Virus record (IMG/VR): IMGVR_UViG_3300043673_000021 | Coordinates: 1 to 64,000 of that record | Reading direction: 5' to 3' (one strand) | Length of the DNA: 64,000 bases | DNA from: a virus | Notes under the pieces: model-generated | What the model was told of the DNA's origin: nothing | Databases searched by the model: none | The model's input: the letters and a program-made list of their open reading frames with translations, nothing else | Translations under genes and position numbers: made by a program | Shown here: positions 28,127-37,547 of the stretch, one piece after another | Numbering within the stretch: the first letter of the stretch is position 1 | Layout of the letters: each line of letters begins with the position of its first letter

Positions 28127-29833
28127 TTATGCGGCGACGAATTCATGTAACTCGGAAGTCTCTTCCTCTGCCATGGCGAGAAAGGTCTCGATCAGGTCTG
28201 CGAGGTTCTGGCGGAGATCTTCGGGCAGGGATGACTCATCGCCCTCGAATTCCGTCTCGTAGCGCGCGTTCCAAAGCAGGCTCGCAACATCTCCGATGAT
28301 GTTCGCAAACCATCCCACTTCGAACATCCCCTTGCGGGCACGCACAGCGGCGGCCTTGGCCGGAGCCATCTTAGCCTGTATCATTTTCGAAATGAGGGCG
28401 AGAGGAACGGACGATCGGGTTGCGGATTTAGCGGGGCTGTTGATTTCGATACCGTGGGCCTTGCAGAGGCGCAGGAGTTTCTTCCGCGCGGTCGTCTTTT
28501 GGTCTTGGCTTATTCCATCGACGCGGTCAAGCCCCAAGAGCGCAACCTGAAGATGGCGCGTGGTTTTTGCCTCGGAAGCGAATTTACACGGCAGCGCCCA
28601 TGTTGTGGGCTGGTCTTTGTCGCCGACCAGTAGAAAACAATTTGCAGTCAATTCTTCGCCGGCTTTGCGTACAGTTTTGGCAGCGGTCTTTGTGGCTTCC
28701 TGATTTTTCATAGTTTGCGCCGCCTTAGACGCTGGTTCTCGCAGTTGGACATGCGTTGCTTCTCCTTCTTTTGATCGGATGGAAATCACCTTTACGGTGT
28801 AGGTCTTGCCGACCATTAATTCGCTCCCGACGTATTTGGTAGCCGAGCCTGCGGCGACATAGGCGAGAGTGCAATGTGGCGTGTAGTTGAAATCTGAATC
28901 CTTCCACTCGCCGTGGTCTTTAATCTCACTATTGATCCGAACAAGTTCATCCGAGTGGGCTCGGACAATCAGGGGCGAGGCTCCGTCACTATGCACGGTG
29001 GGTTCGAACGACTCTACCTTGCCGAATGTGATTGTGAACTGGGCTTGGCCAGCCAAGTACTCCGCAATCGCCTTTGTGTCGTCGACCGTTATTCCATACC
29101 GAACCGTGACATGCGAGTGTTCCCCCCGACCGCCGGCAGCATGATTAAGGTCGGCATAATCCACTGAGTCACGCAGCAACTTGATAGCGGTGCCGATCTC
29201 CCCTTCGGGCTCAATTTCAATCTGCGCTGTTCCGTACGAGTGCTTCTCGGCGGATGGTTCTAGGGAAGTATTTTTGAACTTCCGCATCTCCAAGGAACCA
29301 TTGGCTTTGACATACAGGAAATGCGCAGCCGGGAGGCAGGGCATATCCACGTAGCTGTTCTCGACCAGATTGATTGCGTAGAACGGGGCTACCGTCTTTT
29401 GGCAAGCGGGGCAAATATTCCCTTTGGACTTGGGGATGTCAGCGTCGCATTGTGGGCACCAACGCTTGGCGTAAGACCCTGCCTGTGATGTCCCGGTTAC
29501 AAACCCGTCCCGGATGAGGTCCCACTTTTCGGGAATCGGCTGCGTCCGTATTCGAATCTCTTTTTTATCGTCATTGAACTCCAGTCCGACGACCTTACCG
29601 GCAATCTCAAGACTGTGCTGCCAACGCATATTACCGAGACTCTCGGACTGGCCGGCGGCGCGCGTCGATTCCAGTGCTTCATTCGACCAAGCGACATAGA
29701 GCGGTTTCTGTGTTTCGTAGTGACAGACCTCGCCGTCGCGATCTTCGCGCTGGCATGTAGCGATGGAAAGGGTTTCGTGCTTCCCTTCGTCGAGGCTGGC
29801 GAAGGTCGCACTCTTATGAATAAGCTCAGACAT
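28127..29833 (-). CDS. Prohead protease fused to a Zn ribbon, a 2H phosphoesterase (Acb1-like) and a DUF6582-like domain
   Basis: N-terminal 'MRWQH...GK...GTS.AG...ENSYVD.P' protease-like motifs; two HxT motifs (HVTVRYG, PHCTLAY). Confidence 0.75.
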   Translation of the reverse strand: MSELIHKSATFASLDEGKHETLSIATCQREDRDGEVCHYETQKPLYVAWSNEALESTRAAGQSESLGNMRWQHSLEIAGKVVGLEFNDDKKEIRIRTQPIPEKWDLIRDGFVTGTSQAGSYAKRWCPQCDADIPKSKGNICPACQKTVAPFYAINLVENSYVDMPCLPAAHFLYVKANGSLEMRKFKNTSLEPSAEKHSYGTAQIEIEPEGEIGTAIKLLRDSVDYADLNHAAGGRGEHSHVTVRYGITVDDTKAIAEYLAGQAQFTITFGKVESFEPTVHSDGASPLIVRAHSDELVRINSEIKDHGEWKDSDFNYTPHCTLAYVAAGSATKYVGSELMVGKTYTVKVISIRSKEGEATHVQLREPASKAAQTMKNQEATKTAAKTVRKAGEELTANCFLLVGDKDQPTTWALPCKFASEAKTTRHLQVALLGLDRVDGISQDQKTTARKKLLRLCKAHGIEINSPAKSATRSSVPLALISKMIQAKMAPAKAAAVRARKGMFEVGWFANIIGDVASLLWNARYETEFEGDESSLPEDLRQNLADLIETFLAMAEEETSELHEFVAA

Positions 29834-32207
29834 GTGCAGCACCATTAACCCTTCCGCTCAACGGCGTCACGCTGCCATGCATCAGAACCTTGAACGCAAG
29901 CGAGTCAGCCAACTTTGCGAGGAAGATGGCGATCTTCTGCTTTATTGAATGCTCTTCCGGAGACGCTGCCGATAACGGATTTACGGTAGCCGACTTTCTG
30001 GCCTTGGACGTTACCAATACGGGCGACAGGAGGCACATTTCTCCGATGTGGGACGGGTAGTCAGGAAGATCTTCGAAACTGTACGGAGAATCCCGCGCGA
30101 TTTGTGGGCAGTCGCATGGAACTTCCTCGGGACGCTCTGGGTTTAATTCCCACTTGACCGCGCTCACCAAGCCGCTTTCTTGCCATGCCTTAATCGCGGA
30201 ATTTGAGCGCACGGTCAGGGTTTCATGCTGCGCGATGCGCTCCGCGCGCGCCATCGAAAACCATGGTGATTGGCGGATTTCATCCGCTAATTCATTGGAG
30301 TCAATCCCCCGATCTTCAGCATCTGCGAGAATGCGCCCGATCGCTGTCGCAGTAGATTCACTGATGGCCTGCTTTGGAGTGGTCAACGGAAAGTAATCAT
30401 CGCCAACCCTGCGTAAGCCAACTAACTCGCCGGCCCGCTGGGCCGCCCACGTCCTGGCAACCTCAAGCGCCGCTTCTACGGTGCGATCATCGGTCATGCC
30501 AAGTCCCGTCATGGCTTGGCGTACGGCGTCAACCGCGACTGATTCGAACTCAGGCTGTAGCGTCGAAGCAATTTCAGTCCAGTCGATGAGCAGAAGCACC
30601 TTGAGAAGGTCATCCTTCTTATGTCTCTTGGTTGTGACCACGATGCGATCCCGGCTCTCATCGAGCATCTGGTGGCACGCCGCTCGCACAATTCGCACAA
30701 CGTTTCGCGTGATGTCTTCGGGGCCGTCACCGGTCTTGTCGACTCGGTAGGACTTGTCGGTTGGGATGTTGGTCCGAGCATTGGCCCCGATCTCGTTAAA
30801 TGAAGGCCCATGAAGCGTGATCGGCATAAAGCCATTCGCCGCAAACTGTCCGGGGATTTTCATCTCCGGTAGGTCGATCGGGTCCCATCCGTGATCGTCG
30901 CGGATTTCTTCACGCGGGCGAATGCCGGCGTTCACGTACGCGACGTCAATTCCCTGCTGCTTTACCGGATCTGTTTCCCGGAGTGAGTTAAAGCGAAACT
31001 CGTAGTCCGTGTAGCCCATATTGACCTGCAGAATCCAGTTTGCATAGCCTTCAAGCCACTGCTGGTGAGGAAGAAGGCCTTCCTCTTCAGCGGATTCCTG
31101 CCCAGTTTCCGCACTCGCGCGGTTCATCTGCTTCTGCAGGCGGTGGGCGGAGGCACCATAGGCGAATGCAATCTTGCGGATGTGCATGTCGTCGAATGGG
31201 TCGGACAAAAGCGGCTCTTTGGGGAAGAGAACCTGATCGGGTTTGCCGTCCTTATTGAAGCCCTGCATCATGCGCCACTGTCGACGGGCCTCGAGGTTTC
31301 CGGCAAGTTCTGACGTCATCCAGTCCATCGCCTCCCGGATCTTGTCGGACGGGGTATCAAAAGGAACGATCTGAAGAACACCAGGGATGCTTCCTTTGTC
31401 GTAGTAGGCCTTCACGAACAATTGACGCGCGATGCCGATCTCGATTTCAATCGCCGTGCCCTCAGTAGGCGAACACCCATAGAGGTAACTGGCAATCGAG
31501 TCGGGCCTGATTACGATATTTCGAGGTCTGTAGACGAGCTCATCCGTGGTCATATTCACACGGGGCATGCCGTTCCACAGTTGGCAGTAAGCCGGCGACG
31601 GCGGGGCCGGTGTCCACCCGTTGTCGTCGATATAGCGAGTGATATCGTCGCCGGGGAGATAACGTAGTTCCTGAACCGCTCCACCTTTTCGCCTACGCCT
31701 CAGAAGCGTTGCCGGAGCGTCGATGCAGAGCATGTCGTCAAGCAGGCGAGCCGACCAATCGGACCAAAACTCCTCCCCGTTGGGTTTTTCGAAGAACCGC
31801 GAGAGTTTGGTAATATTCTCGTCGTCCTTCTCCCGCTTTCGAAGCGCAGCATTCAACTCTCCCGGAACTGGCTTGAGGTGAATCGCCCAATTCATCGTTT
31901 GACTGATCTGCCCTTTAATGCTGTCGATGCAGGAACGGGACAGCGTGTAAGAGGAGAGCTTTCTAAGTGCCGCCGCGGTGTAGAACGCATCCGCACGGGG
32001 GGTGATGGTCTGGTTCCACCCGTGAAAGTATGGAACGCCGAGAGGAGAGGAATTTTCATTCCCCATCGGCCGCATCGGCTGCGCGGCTGATGGAAAATTG
32101 CGGCTCGGGTCGACGCCTGCGATCGTGTCCGGTGGACGATCATACAGGCGTGCTCCCGCCTGAGTGAGCATCGCCGCAATACCGCTTAAACTTCTGACGC
32201 CTGCCAT
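29826..32207 (-). CDS. Portal protein with C-terminal MuF/gp30-like head-morphogenesis domain
   Basis: Portal motifs 'YLYGCSP.E', 'IAFAYG', 'NRASAE'; C-terminal 'RAERIAQHET...W...C..C...PSH...C'; start re-assigned to MAGVRSL (32207). Confidence 0.85.
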   Translation of the reverse strand: MAGVRSLSGIAAMLTQAGARLYDRPPDTIAGVDPSRNFPSAAQPMRPMGNENSSPLGVPYFHGWNQTITPRADAFYTAAALRKLSSYTLSRSCIDSIKGQISQTMNWAIHLKPVPGELNAALRKREKDDENITKLSRFFEKPNGEEFWSDWSARLLDDMLCIDAPATLLRRRRKGGAVQELRYLPGDDITRYIDDNGWTPAPPSPAYCQLWNGMPRVNMTTDELVYRPRNIVIRPDSIASYLYGCSPTEGTAIEIEIGIARQLFVKAYYDKGSIPGVLQIVPFDTPSDKIREAMDWMTSELAGNLEARRQWRMMQGFNKDGKPDQVLFPKEPLLSDPFDDMHIRKIAFAYGASAHRLQKQMNRASAETGQESAEEEGLLPHQQWLEGYANWILQVNMGYTDYEFRFNSLRETDPVKQQGIDVAYVNAGIRPREEIRDDHGWDPIDLPEMKIPGQFAANGFMPITLHGPSFNEIGANARTNIPTDKSYRVDKTGDGPEDITRNVVRIVRAACHQMLDESRDRIVVTTKRHKKDDLLKVLLLIDWTEIASTLQPEFESVAVDAVRQAMTGLGMTDDRTVEAALEVARTWAAQRAGELVGLRRVGDDYFPLTTPKQAISESTATAIGRILADAEDRGIDSNELADEIRQSPWFSMARAERIAQHETLTVRSNSAIKAWQESGLVSAVKWELNPERPEEVPCDCPQIARDSPYSFEDLPDYPSHIGEMCLLSPVLVTSKARKSATVNPLSAASPEEHSIKQKIAIFLAKLADSLAFKVLMHGSVTPLSGRVNGAAHV

Positions 32208-32209
32208 TT

Positions 32210-32626
32210 TCAGTTGAACTTGACGATGAGGTATCCGGTCACGCCCGAAGCACTTGCTGACCAGGTAATTCCATTTGGCATCCACCGACAGGTGGAGTCA
32301 CTTGCGGCATTGAATATCTGTGTCGCAGAAGCTGCGCTTGTCCCGATTGCGGCGACACTCAACCATGTAACTGGCGTCGCCTGTCGATCTTGGATAGTGA
32401 CCGTCTGCCCGGTTCCCGAGAGGTCCAAGTAGCAAACGTACAGATCCCCTTTTACGGTGGTTCCGTTGGGATATAGGACACTGACACCTGTCGGACTCGT
32501 CGGGACGGCTATCGGAAGAGTTTGGTAAACGTACGTGAAGTTTGTCGGCCTTCGGAACGTTGCCGTCTGCGAGAAAGACGTCAATGAGGCGAAGAGGCAC
32601 AGGGCTAGAAGGATTACTCTTGACAC
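32210..32626 (-). CDS. Signal-peptide-bearing beta-sandwich protein between TerL and portal
   Basis: MSRVILLALCLFASLTSFS-Q leader; mature part beta-rich with two Cys. Confidence 0.7.
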   Translation of the reverse strand: MSRVILLALCLFASLTSFSQTATFRRPTNFTYVYQTLPIAVPTSPTGVSVLYPNGTTVKGDLYVCYLDLSGTGQTVTIQDRQATPVTWLSVAAIGTSAASATQIFNAASDSTCRWMPNGITWSASASGVTGYLIVKFN

Positions 32627-32853
32627 GCTAAGACCTCCTCGGTCGCTGCGTTCTTCTCGGTGGCGCAGGCAAGGCAGAGCATTTTATTGGTCGCGATTCG
32701 GCGTCCGCATTCACGACCTTTGATACCCGGGCACTCCCACTGACCCATAGCGCGGATAGCTTTGCGGATCTGCTTATTACGCATATCTTCACGCTTACGG
32801 TCGATCGCTGGATCGTGGACAAGGATGTTCATGGTTTCTACTTGGCAGGCCAC
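32614..32853 (-). CDS. Small Zn-finger protein
   Basis: C...C...CLAC; coupled to its neighbours. Confidence 0.55.
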   Translation of the reverse strand: MACQVETMNILVHDPAIDRKREDMRNKQIRKAIRAMGQWECPGIKGRECGRRIATNKMLCLACATEKNAATEEVLACQE

Positions 32854-33089
32854 TTTGGGGCCGAAATAACCTCAACGAACCATTGAAACCGGCAGGTATC
32901 ACAGGAGAGCTTGATCATCGCTGCGGATTTCCCTTCGATCTGCGTACGTTCAAATTCTGCCGCGCGCGCAACGATCGGACGGTGCCCACATACCGGGCAT
33001 CGCGACCGCAAGTTGACCTCGAGAACCGGGGCTGGCAGGAAGAGCCGCGCGATGCTTCGCCCTGCAATGAAAATCCACCGCCAAATCAT
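32838..33089 (-). CDS. Zn-ribbon protein
   Basis: CPVC...CDTC; ATGA overlap with the TerL stop. Confidence 0.6.
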   Translation of the reverse strand: MIWRWIFIAGRSIARLFLPAPVLEVNLRSRCPVCGHRPIVARAAEFERTQIEGKSAAMIKLSCDTCRFQWFVEVISAPKWPAK

Positions 33090-34570
33090 TCTTTTGCGAA
33101 GTGCTCAACGCGGTTCTTGCCCTTGTATAAGGTGTCTGCTGCGCCAAACTGCGCGCCGCACGATCCGCAACGCTTGCCGACATGCGCGCCCATGTTCTGG
33201 ATGCATGTGCCGCCACACTGCGGGCAGCGCTCGGTCTGATCACCAATTGCTGGTTTCGCGACTGCTGGGGTAACGATACCTTGCTTATTCAATGTGACAT
33301 CCCCTGAATCCATCCGCGCTTGAGTTTGTTTCAGCCATTCGATTAAACCGAGACTCCCACCTCGATTCTTGGCGAGGTAGTACCATGCGATCGCGAGCGG
33401 GATGACTGTGTCATCGTGGCCGCTGCCGGCGGCGGCATATCGAACCAATCCACCGGGAAGCTGATGAGACTCGAATGACTGGAGCTCGCCAATCAGTACC
33501 GGATTGTCTGGAATCTTGATCTGACGGCGCTCGAAGGCTAGTGCCAGAGACTCGACGGCTGCCTGCTTCGAGGCGTTACTGGTCACAAAGGCATCCACCG
33601 CGACGCCATCTGATCGAAGTTGATCAATGAGCGGCTGGCCCATGTTGTTCGACTCGGCGAGAGTTTTGATTGGGTTGTGTCGGCCAATAAAGGTCTTGAG
33701 TTTCCCCATCTGGTGGGGGTAGGTCAAACCGCGGAACCTCTCCATCTCGACAAGTTCCCCGCCGGTATCGACGGCAGAAAAAACGGTAAAGTCTCCCCTT
33801 CCAGAGGTGCCGGCCCAATCGACCGCTATAACCTTGTCACCAGTGCTCTGAACGATGTTATTGTTGACCGCGTCGCCCACATTGACGAAAACTGCGCCTT
33901 CATAGCTGAGGAAGTCCCCGCCGTATTCTTGGTTGAACGCGAGTTCAGAAAGCCCATCGCGAATCTCTTCGATTTCTTCGGCGGCTAGATAGGGATTCGT
34001 CCAGGAAGGCATCTTCCACGACTTCCAGTTTCCTTTTTCGGGGTCCTGCCCCCACTGGTAGAGCGTATAGAAGTCGTTACCGATACCGCGCGGAGTTGAA
34101 AAAAACCAAACGTCGCCCCGATAGAACGCGATCAGCGCGCGAAGGGAACGCTCCCACGTTTCCTTGAGATTCTTAATGAGGGCGGCCTCGTCCACAACCA
34201 GCCGCTTATATTTGCGACCACGGGGCCCGTCTGGATCTTCGAGCGACCAGAATTCAATCTTTCCGCCACCAGGGAAGCATAACTGCTTCTGTTGCTCATC
34301 CTTCGATCCACCCTTCCGATTCCAAAGCGGCTCAGTGGTGGACTTGACTTCCTCGAAACTCTCATCGAGGCTCTTGTAGCTAGGCGACATCCACGCAGTT
34401 GGATACCCAGCCAGCGCTGGGCGTATGACCAACTCTTTTCCCATGGTCGTCTTGCCCCACTGACGGCCACAATCGACAACCGAGAAGCGAACCGCCTCGG
34501 ATAGAACCTGGATCTGAGCGGCATGCAACCGCGGCAGGTCAATCCGAACGGTAGCCTTGCCGTCAACCAT
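33086..34570 (-). CDS. terL: Terminase large subunit
   Basis: Walker A 'GRQWGKT', Walker B 'VVDEAA', 'STPRG', nuclease 'AVDWA...D' and 'HDDTV'. Confidence 0.95.
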   Translation of the reverse strand: MVDGKATVRIDLPRLHAAQIQVLSEAVRFSVVDCGRQWGKTTMGKELVIRPALAGYPTAWMSPSYKSLDESFEEVKSTTEPLWNRKGGSKDEQQKQLCFPGGGKIEFWSLEDPDGPRGRKYKRLVVDEAALIKNLKETWERSLRALIAFYRGDVWFFSTPRGIGNDFYTLYQWGQDPEKGNWKSWKMPSWTNPYLAAEEIEEIRDGLSELAFNQEYGGDFLSYEGAVFVNVGDAVNNNIVQSTGDKVIAVDWAGTSGRGDFTVFSAVDTGGELVEMERFRGLTYPHQMGKLKTFIGRHNPIKTLAESNNMGQPLIDQLRSDGVAVDAFVTSNASKQAAVESLALAFERRQIKIPDNPVLIGELQSFESHQLPGGLVRYAAAGSGHDDTVIPLAIAWYYLAKNRGGSLGLIEWLKQTQARMDSGDVTLNKQGIVTPAVAKPAIGDQTERCPQCGGTCIQNMGAHVGKRCGSCGAQFGAADTLYKGKNRVEHFAKE

Positions 34571-35243
34571 TGTCTTCTGGTTCTTCGAGCGCCGGCGGGA
34601 CGTCGACCGTTACAGGTTGGGGCTCGTTTACGGATGGTGGCCTGACGTCGATATAGTTCACTTCGACTTTAATCGTGCCGACCTGCTCTTTGTTCTTGTC
34701 CCGGTCGCCAACCTCTACCGCAACCGATTCGCGCAGGGCTGCCTTCGTCTCCACCAGATCGCGATTGAAAACGAACTCGGCCTCGCCCTTCGCCTTGAGC
34801 CGCTTGGCAAGCAAGCCCGTGGTAGCGCCGACGACCGGTCGGCCATCGACATGGAAGAGTGGATTATTGGGATCTCTCGCGGCCTTGACGAGTTCGGACT
34901 CAAGTTTCTCGATGCGGTCGTGGTCGCGTTGCGCCTTTTCGGCACGAACCGTCTTATTTGCCAGCGGAAGGTACATGATCGCCGCCTGCATATCCCGGCG
35001 CGCTTCGGCAACCTTACGCCCGAAAACCGGTTTCTTCAGCCACCCGTTCACAGTTGACTGCGTGACGCCGTGCTTCTTGCAGATCTGCTTAATGGTGAGG
35101 CGACCATCTCCTATCGCAACCGCAACGGCCTGAATCGTCGCCTGTGGATGCTTATCCCCGAGTGCCTTCTGCTCTCTGATAAGCTTCCGGTTCATTTCGT
35201 AAGCCCAGTGACGGCCACGGGTCGATATGTCAACATCGCTCAT
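34563..35243 (-). CDS. terS: Terminase small subunit (HTH)
   Basis: HTH 'TIKQICKKHGVTQSTVNGWLKKPVF'; immediately upstream of TerL; start re-assigned to MSDVDIS. Confidence 0.75.
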   Translation of the reverse strand: MSDVDISTRGRHWAYEMNRKLIREQKALGDKHPQATIQAVAVAIGDGRLTIKQICKKHGVTQSTVNGWLKKPVFGRKVAEARRDMQAAIMYLPLANKTVRAEKAQRDHDRIEKLESELVKAARDPNNPLFHVDGRPVVGATTGLLAKRLKAKGEAEFVFNRDLVETKAALRESVAVEVGDRDKNKEQVGTIKVEVNYIDVRPPSVNEPQPVTVDVPPALEEPEDNG

Positions 35244-35575
35244 GCTGCTTCTTCTCTGACCATCAAAATATCGGGACCCTGCTTCACGGGGCGGCACGGG
35301 CACATCAGAACGCTACGGGCGCAATTGGGGCAGACCCCGCGAATCGTTATCGATCGGTTGAAGAGAGGGTTTTTCAGTTCTTCTTCGTGCCGGGCGGCCT
35401 CGTAGAACTTACCCTGCCGAACGCCGCCGTGCCGGTTGATCGCAATGCCAGGCCCAAGGTAGCGAGGGTCGTTAGCACGCGGTCGGTTGTCGATTCGCGG
35501 ACGAAGGCTTTTCGGCTTGGTGGTAAGACGGCCGGTTAGGTCGTCTTCGAGTGAGCCATATTTGCGAACGCTCAT
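35240..35575 (-). CDS. Hypothetical Zn-binding protein
   Basis: CPNC...CPC; coupled to terS. Confidence 0.55.
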   Translation of the reverse strand: MSVRKYGSLEDDLTGRLTTKPKSLRPRIDNRPRANDPRYLGPGIAINRHGGVRQGKFYEAARHEEELKNPLFNRSITIRGVCPNCARSVLMCPCRPVKQGPDILMVREEAA

Positions 35576-35599
35576 GTCAGTACGAGAACAGCAACGCGA

Positions 35600-35824
35600 C
35601 TATTTTGGCAACAAAGCAAAAAGTTCCTTCTTGGTCACGATTCCCTCGCGTAACGCGAGCGCTACCCAGAGTGCCCGAGAACTGATCCCAGATTTACCTC
35701 GAATGTGGCTCATGTAGCCCCGTACCGTATTGAAGGAAATACCAAGCTTGAAAGCAATTTCTTTGTCCTCGGCACCGAGCGCCACCTCCCGCACTATCTG
35801 TCTTTCGCGCGGGGTGAGGTGCAT
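35600..35824 (-). CDS. Stand-alone LuxR/GerE-type HTH regulator
   Basis: 'LTPRERQIV..VALG..DKEIA.KLGIS..TV..Y...I..K'. Confidence 0.9.
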   Translation of the reverse strand: MHLTPRERQIVREVALGAEDKEIAFKLGISFNTVRGYMSHIRGKSGISSRALWVALALREGIVTKKELFALLPK

Positions 35825-35832
35825 CGTAGGAA

Positions 35833-36108
35833 CTAGAGAACCGAGCGGAGTTCCTCAACAATCGCAATGAACTCTTGCGGGGTCTTCGCGACGATCAGTT
35901 TCTTGTCGAGCAGGTGCTTGGCTGCGGCGAAGGCCTTCTCGGTCGGACTCGACACAGTTGGCGGCCAGTAGGTGTAGCCGTTGACTTGGTAGCCGCCGGA
36001 AAAGGGAATGATGTAATTGCCAATATTGCCGCCCGTTATAGTCTCGGAATATGGAGACAACGTAACGCCGTCACTGGTGGTAAATGATTGATCCAATGGC
36101 CCGTTCAT
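35833..36108 (-). CDS. Hypothetical protein
   Basis: Coupled ORF with RBS. Confidence 0.55.
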   Translation of the reverse strand: MNGPLDQSFTTSDGVTLSPYSETITGGNIGNYIIPFSGGYQVNGYTYWPPTVSSPTEKAFAAAKHLLDKKLIVAKTPQEFIAIVEELRSVL

Positions 36109-36317
36109 AGATTTCTCCTACTCTCGTAATCGGCGAACGTCCGGATGCCGCGATGCAACGCCGAATCGCCGAGAACCTGCCGGATCGCCTCGAACTCCGC
36201 CACCTCACGAGGCTTGCCAGCGTCCATCTCCAGAATTGCGGCACGCTCGCGGAGAAGATAGCATTCCTCAGTTAACTCGGCGGCAGTTGCTGACGAAGTA
36301 GCCATAGTTCTTTGCAT
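36105..36317 (-). CDS. Hypothetical protein ('ERAAILE.D.G..R..AE' family)
   Basis: Motif I recognise from small phage ORFs. Confidence 0.55.
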   Translation of the reverse strand: MQRTMATSSATAAELTEECYLLRERAAILEMDAGKPREVAEFEAIRQVLGDSALHRGIRTFADYESRRNL

Positions 36318-36459
36318 TCGTCGTCGGTCAGGTGGTCAGCAAAGGAGAAGACCAGCGCGGAAGGTTGATGCTCTGGTAAGCGCTCCGGCTCAGCTTCATC
36401 AAAGTCTTCCCGCCATGCCATCCACTTCGCGGACTCCGCAAGATGCCGGGCACCGGCGC

Positions 36460-36873
36460 TCACGTTTCCACTGGCCTTTTGGGGCCTCGCCTGCGCCGTT
36501 TGAACCCAAGGCGTTTCGCAATGCGACCGATGTGATCGTTATGGTATGTGACCTCGAAATTGCGCGTGATCCATTCGCCGACTTCCCTGTAGTTCCAGTG
36601 CGGGTTCGCGGAAATGATTCGCTCCACTTCGGCTAGCTTGTCGGCGGAGAGTCGCGGTGGACGGCCCGTCGCGATGCGTCGGCGGAGACCCTTCTCGCCG
36701 CAGGTCTTTAGCGCCCGACACCAGCGGCTGGCAGTTGTGCGGGACACGCCGTACATGCGGGCAATATCAAACTGCCGCACACCAGTCCTGATCTGGTAAG
36801 CGGCGGCCAATCGGCGCGATTCGAGTTCCGCGCGAGTTAACGGCACAAATGAACACCGTCCCGGGAGAGCCAA
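36460..36873 (-). CDS. IS630-transposase-type HTH/winged-helix protein lacking a DDE domain
   Basis: 'IARMYGVSRTTASRW...G..GL......GRPPRL...W....V..WI...F.V.Y....I.R...RLGF'. Confidence 0.75.
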   Translation of the reverse strand: MALPGRCSFVPLTRAELESRRLAAAYQIRTGVRQFDIARMYGVSRTTASRWCRALKTCGEKGLRRRIATGRPPRLSADKLAEVERIISANPHWNYREVGEWITRNFEVTYHNDHIGRIAKRLGFKRRRRGPKRPVET

Positions 36874-36912
36874 GCCATTACGCAGGCGAGGATAAAAAAC
36901 CAGCGCATTGCC

Positions 36913-37341
36913 TTACGAGAAAACGACAGGCGGCCCGTAGTTCGAGCGGAGCCAGTCAATGCTTGGCTGCATAACCGCGCCGTCGTGATCGCCAGACTGG
37001 CGAAGCCGAAGGCCGCGGGCATAAACTCGGCGGGCGAGACTCAACTGGCGAGGGCGAAGATACTTCAGTTTCTGCTTGGGACCGCCGACGACGCCTTCGT
37101 AATCGCCTCGCTGCGCAAGGCAGATTGCCTCTACCGGGTGGATGGCGCGCTCATCGCCGGGATATTCCCTGACACGAACGTGGTCTCCGAATCGGGCAAG
37201 CACAGAAATGAGTTCTTCGCCTGAAATTGTCACAGTATGTTTTAAGGAGGGCACCGCGGAGGGAGTTGTAGGTGATGACGGAAACCCCGCTAAGGCTTTC
37301 GGCGCACATGCTAAGCATGCCAGCGCAGGTATCGACAGCAA
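36913..37341 (-). CDS. Hypothetical protein (true start probably internal)
   Basis: First ORF downstream of the leftward promoter. Confidence 0.45.
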   Translation of the reverse strand: MLSIPALACLACAPKALAGFPSSPTTPSAVPSLKHTVTISGEELISVLARFGDHVRVREYPGDERAIHPVEAICLAQRGDYEGVVGGPKQKLKYLRPRQLSLARRVYARGLRLRQSGDHDGAVMQPSIDWLRSNYGPPVVFS

Positions 37342-37370
37342 CTACACCACTACTAACAGTTATCAATATC

Positions 37371-37399
37371 ACGTTAGCCCCAATCGGTGGGCTTGTCAA
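37371..37399 (-). promoter_or_regulatory. Leftward sigma70-type promoter facing the packaging/structural operon
   Basis: TTGACA (37399-37394), 17-bp spacer, TAACGT (37376-37371). Confidence 0.6.
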
Positions 37400-37547
37400 C
37401 TGGAATGTGGTTAAAATACCGCAGTGTAGTCAAGTTGACCCATTTCGGCGCTAGAAATGCAACGTTTACGGCAATTCCGACGCTGTATAGCATTTACAAG
37501 TGTGGCTAAATTGACACAGTTGGCCACTAAACTGCCCAGTGAACGGC

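Noticed and set aside
32210-32626. Lipoprotein (o-spanin) call
   Set aside because: LALC does not fit the lipobox, and the gene is far from the lysis region.
6500-35200. Numerous plus-strand ORFs antisense to structural genes
   Set aside because: They are shadows of GC-rich coding sequence, with no RBS or recognisable motifs.
36460-36873. Complete IS630 insertion sequence
   Set aside because: No DDE catalytic ORF or terminal inverted repeats were seen.
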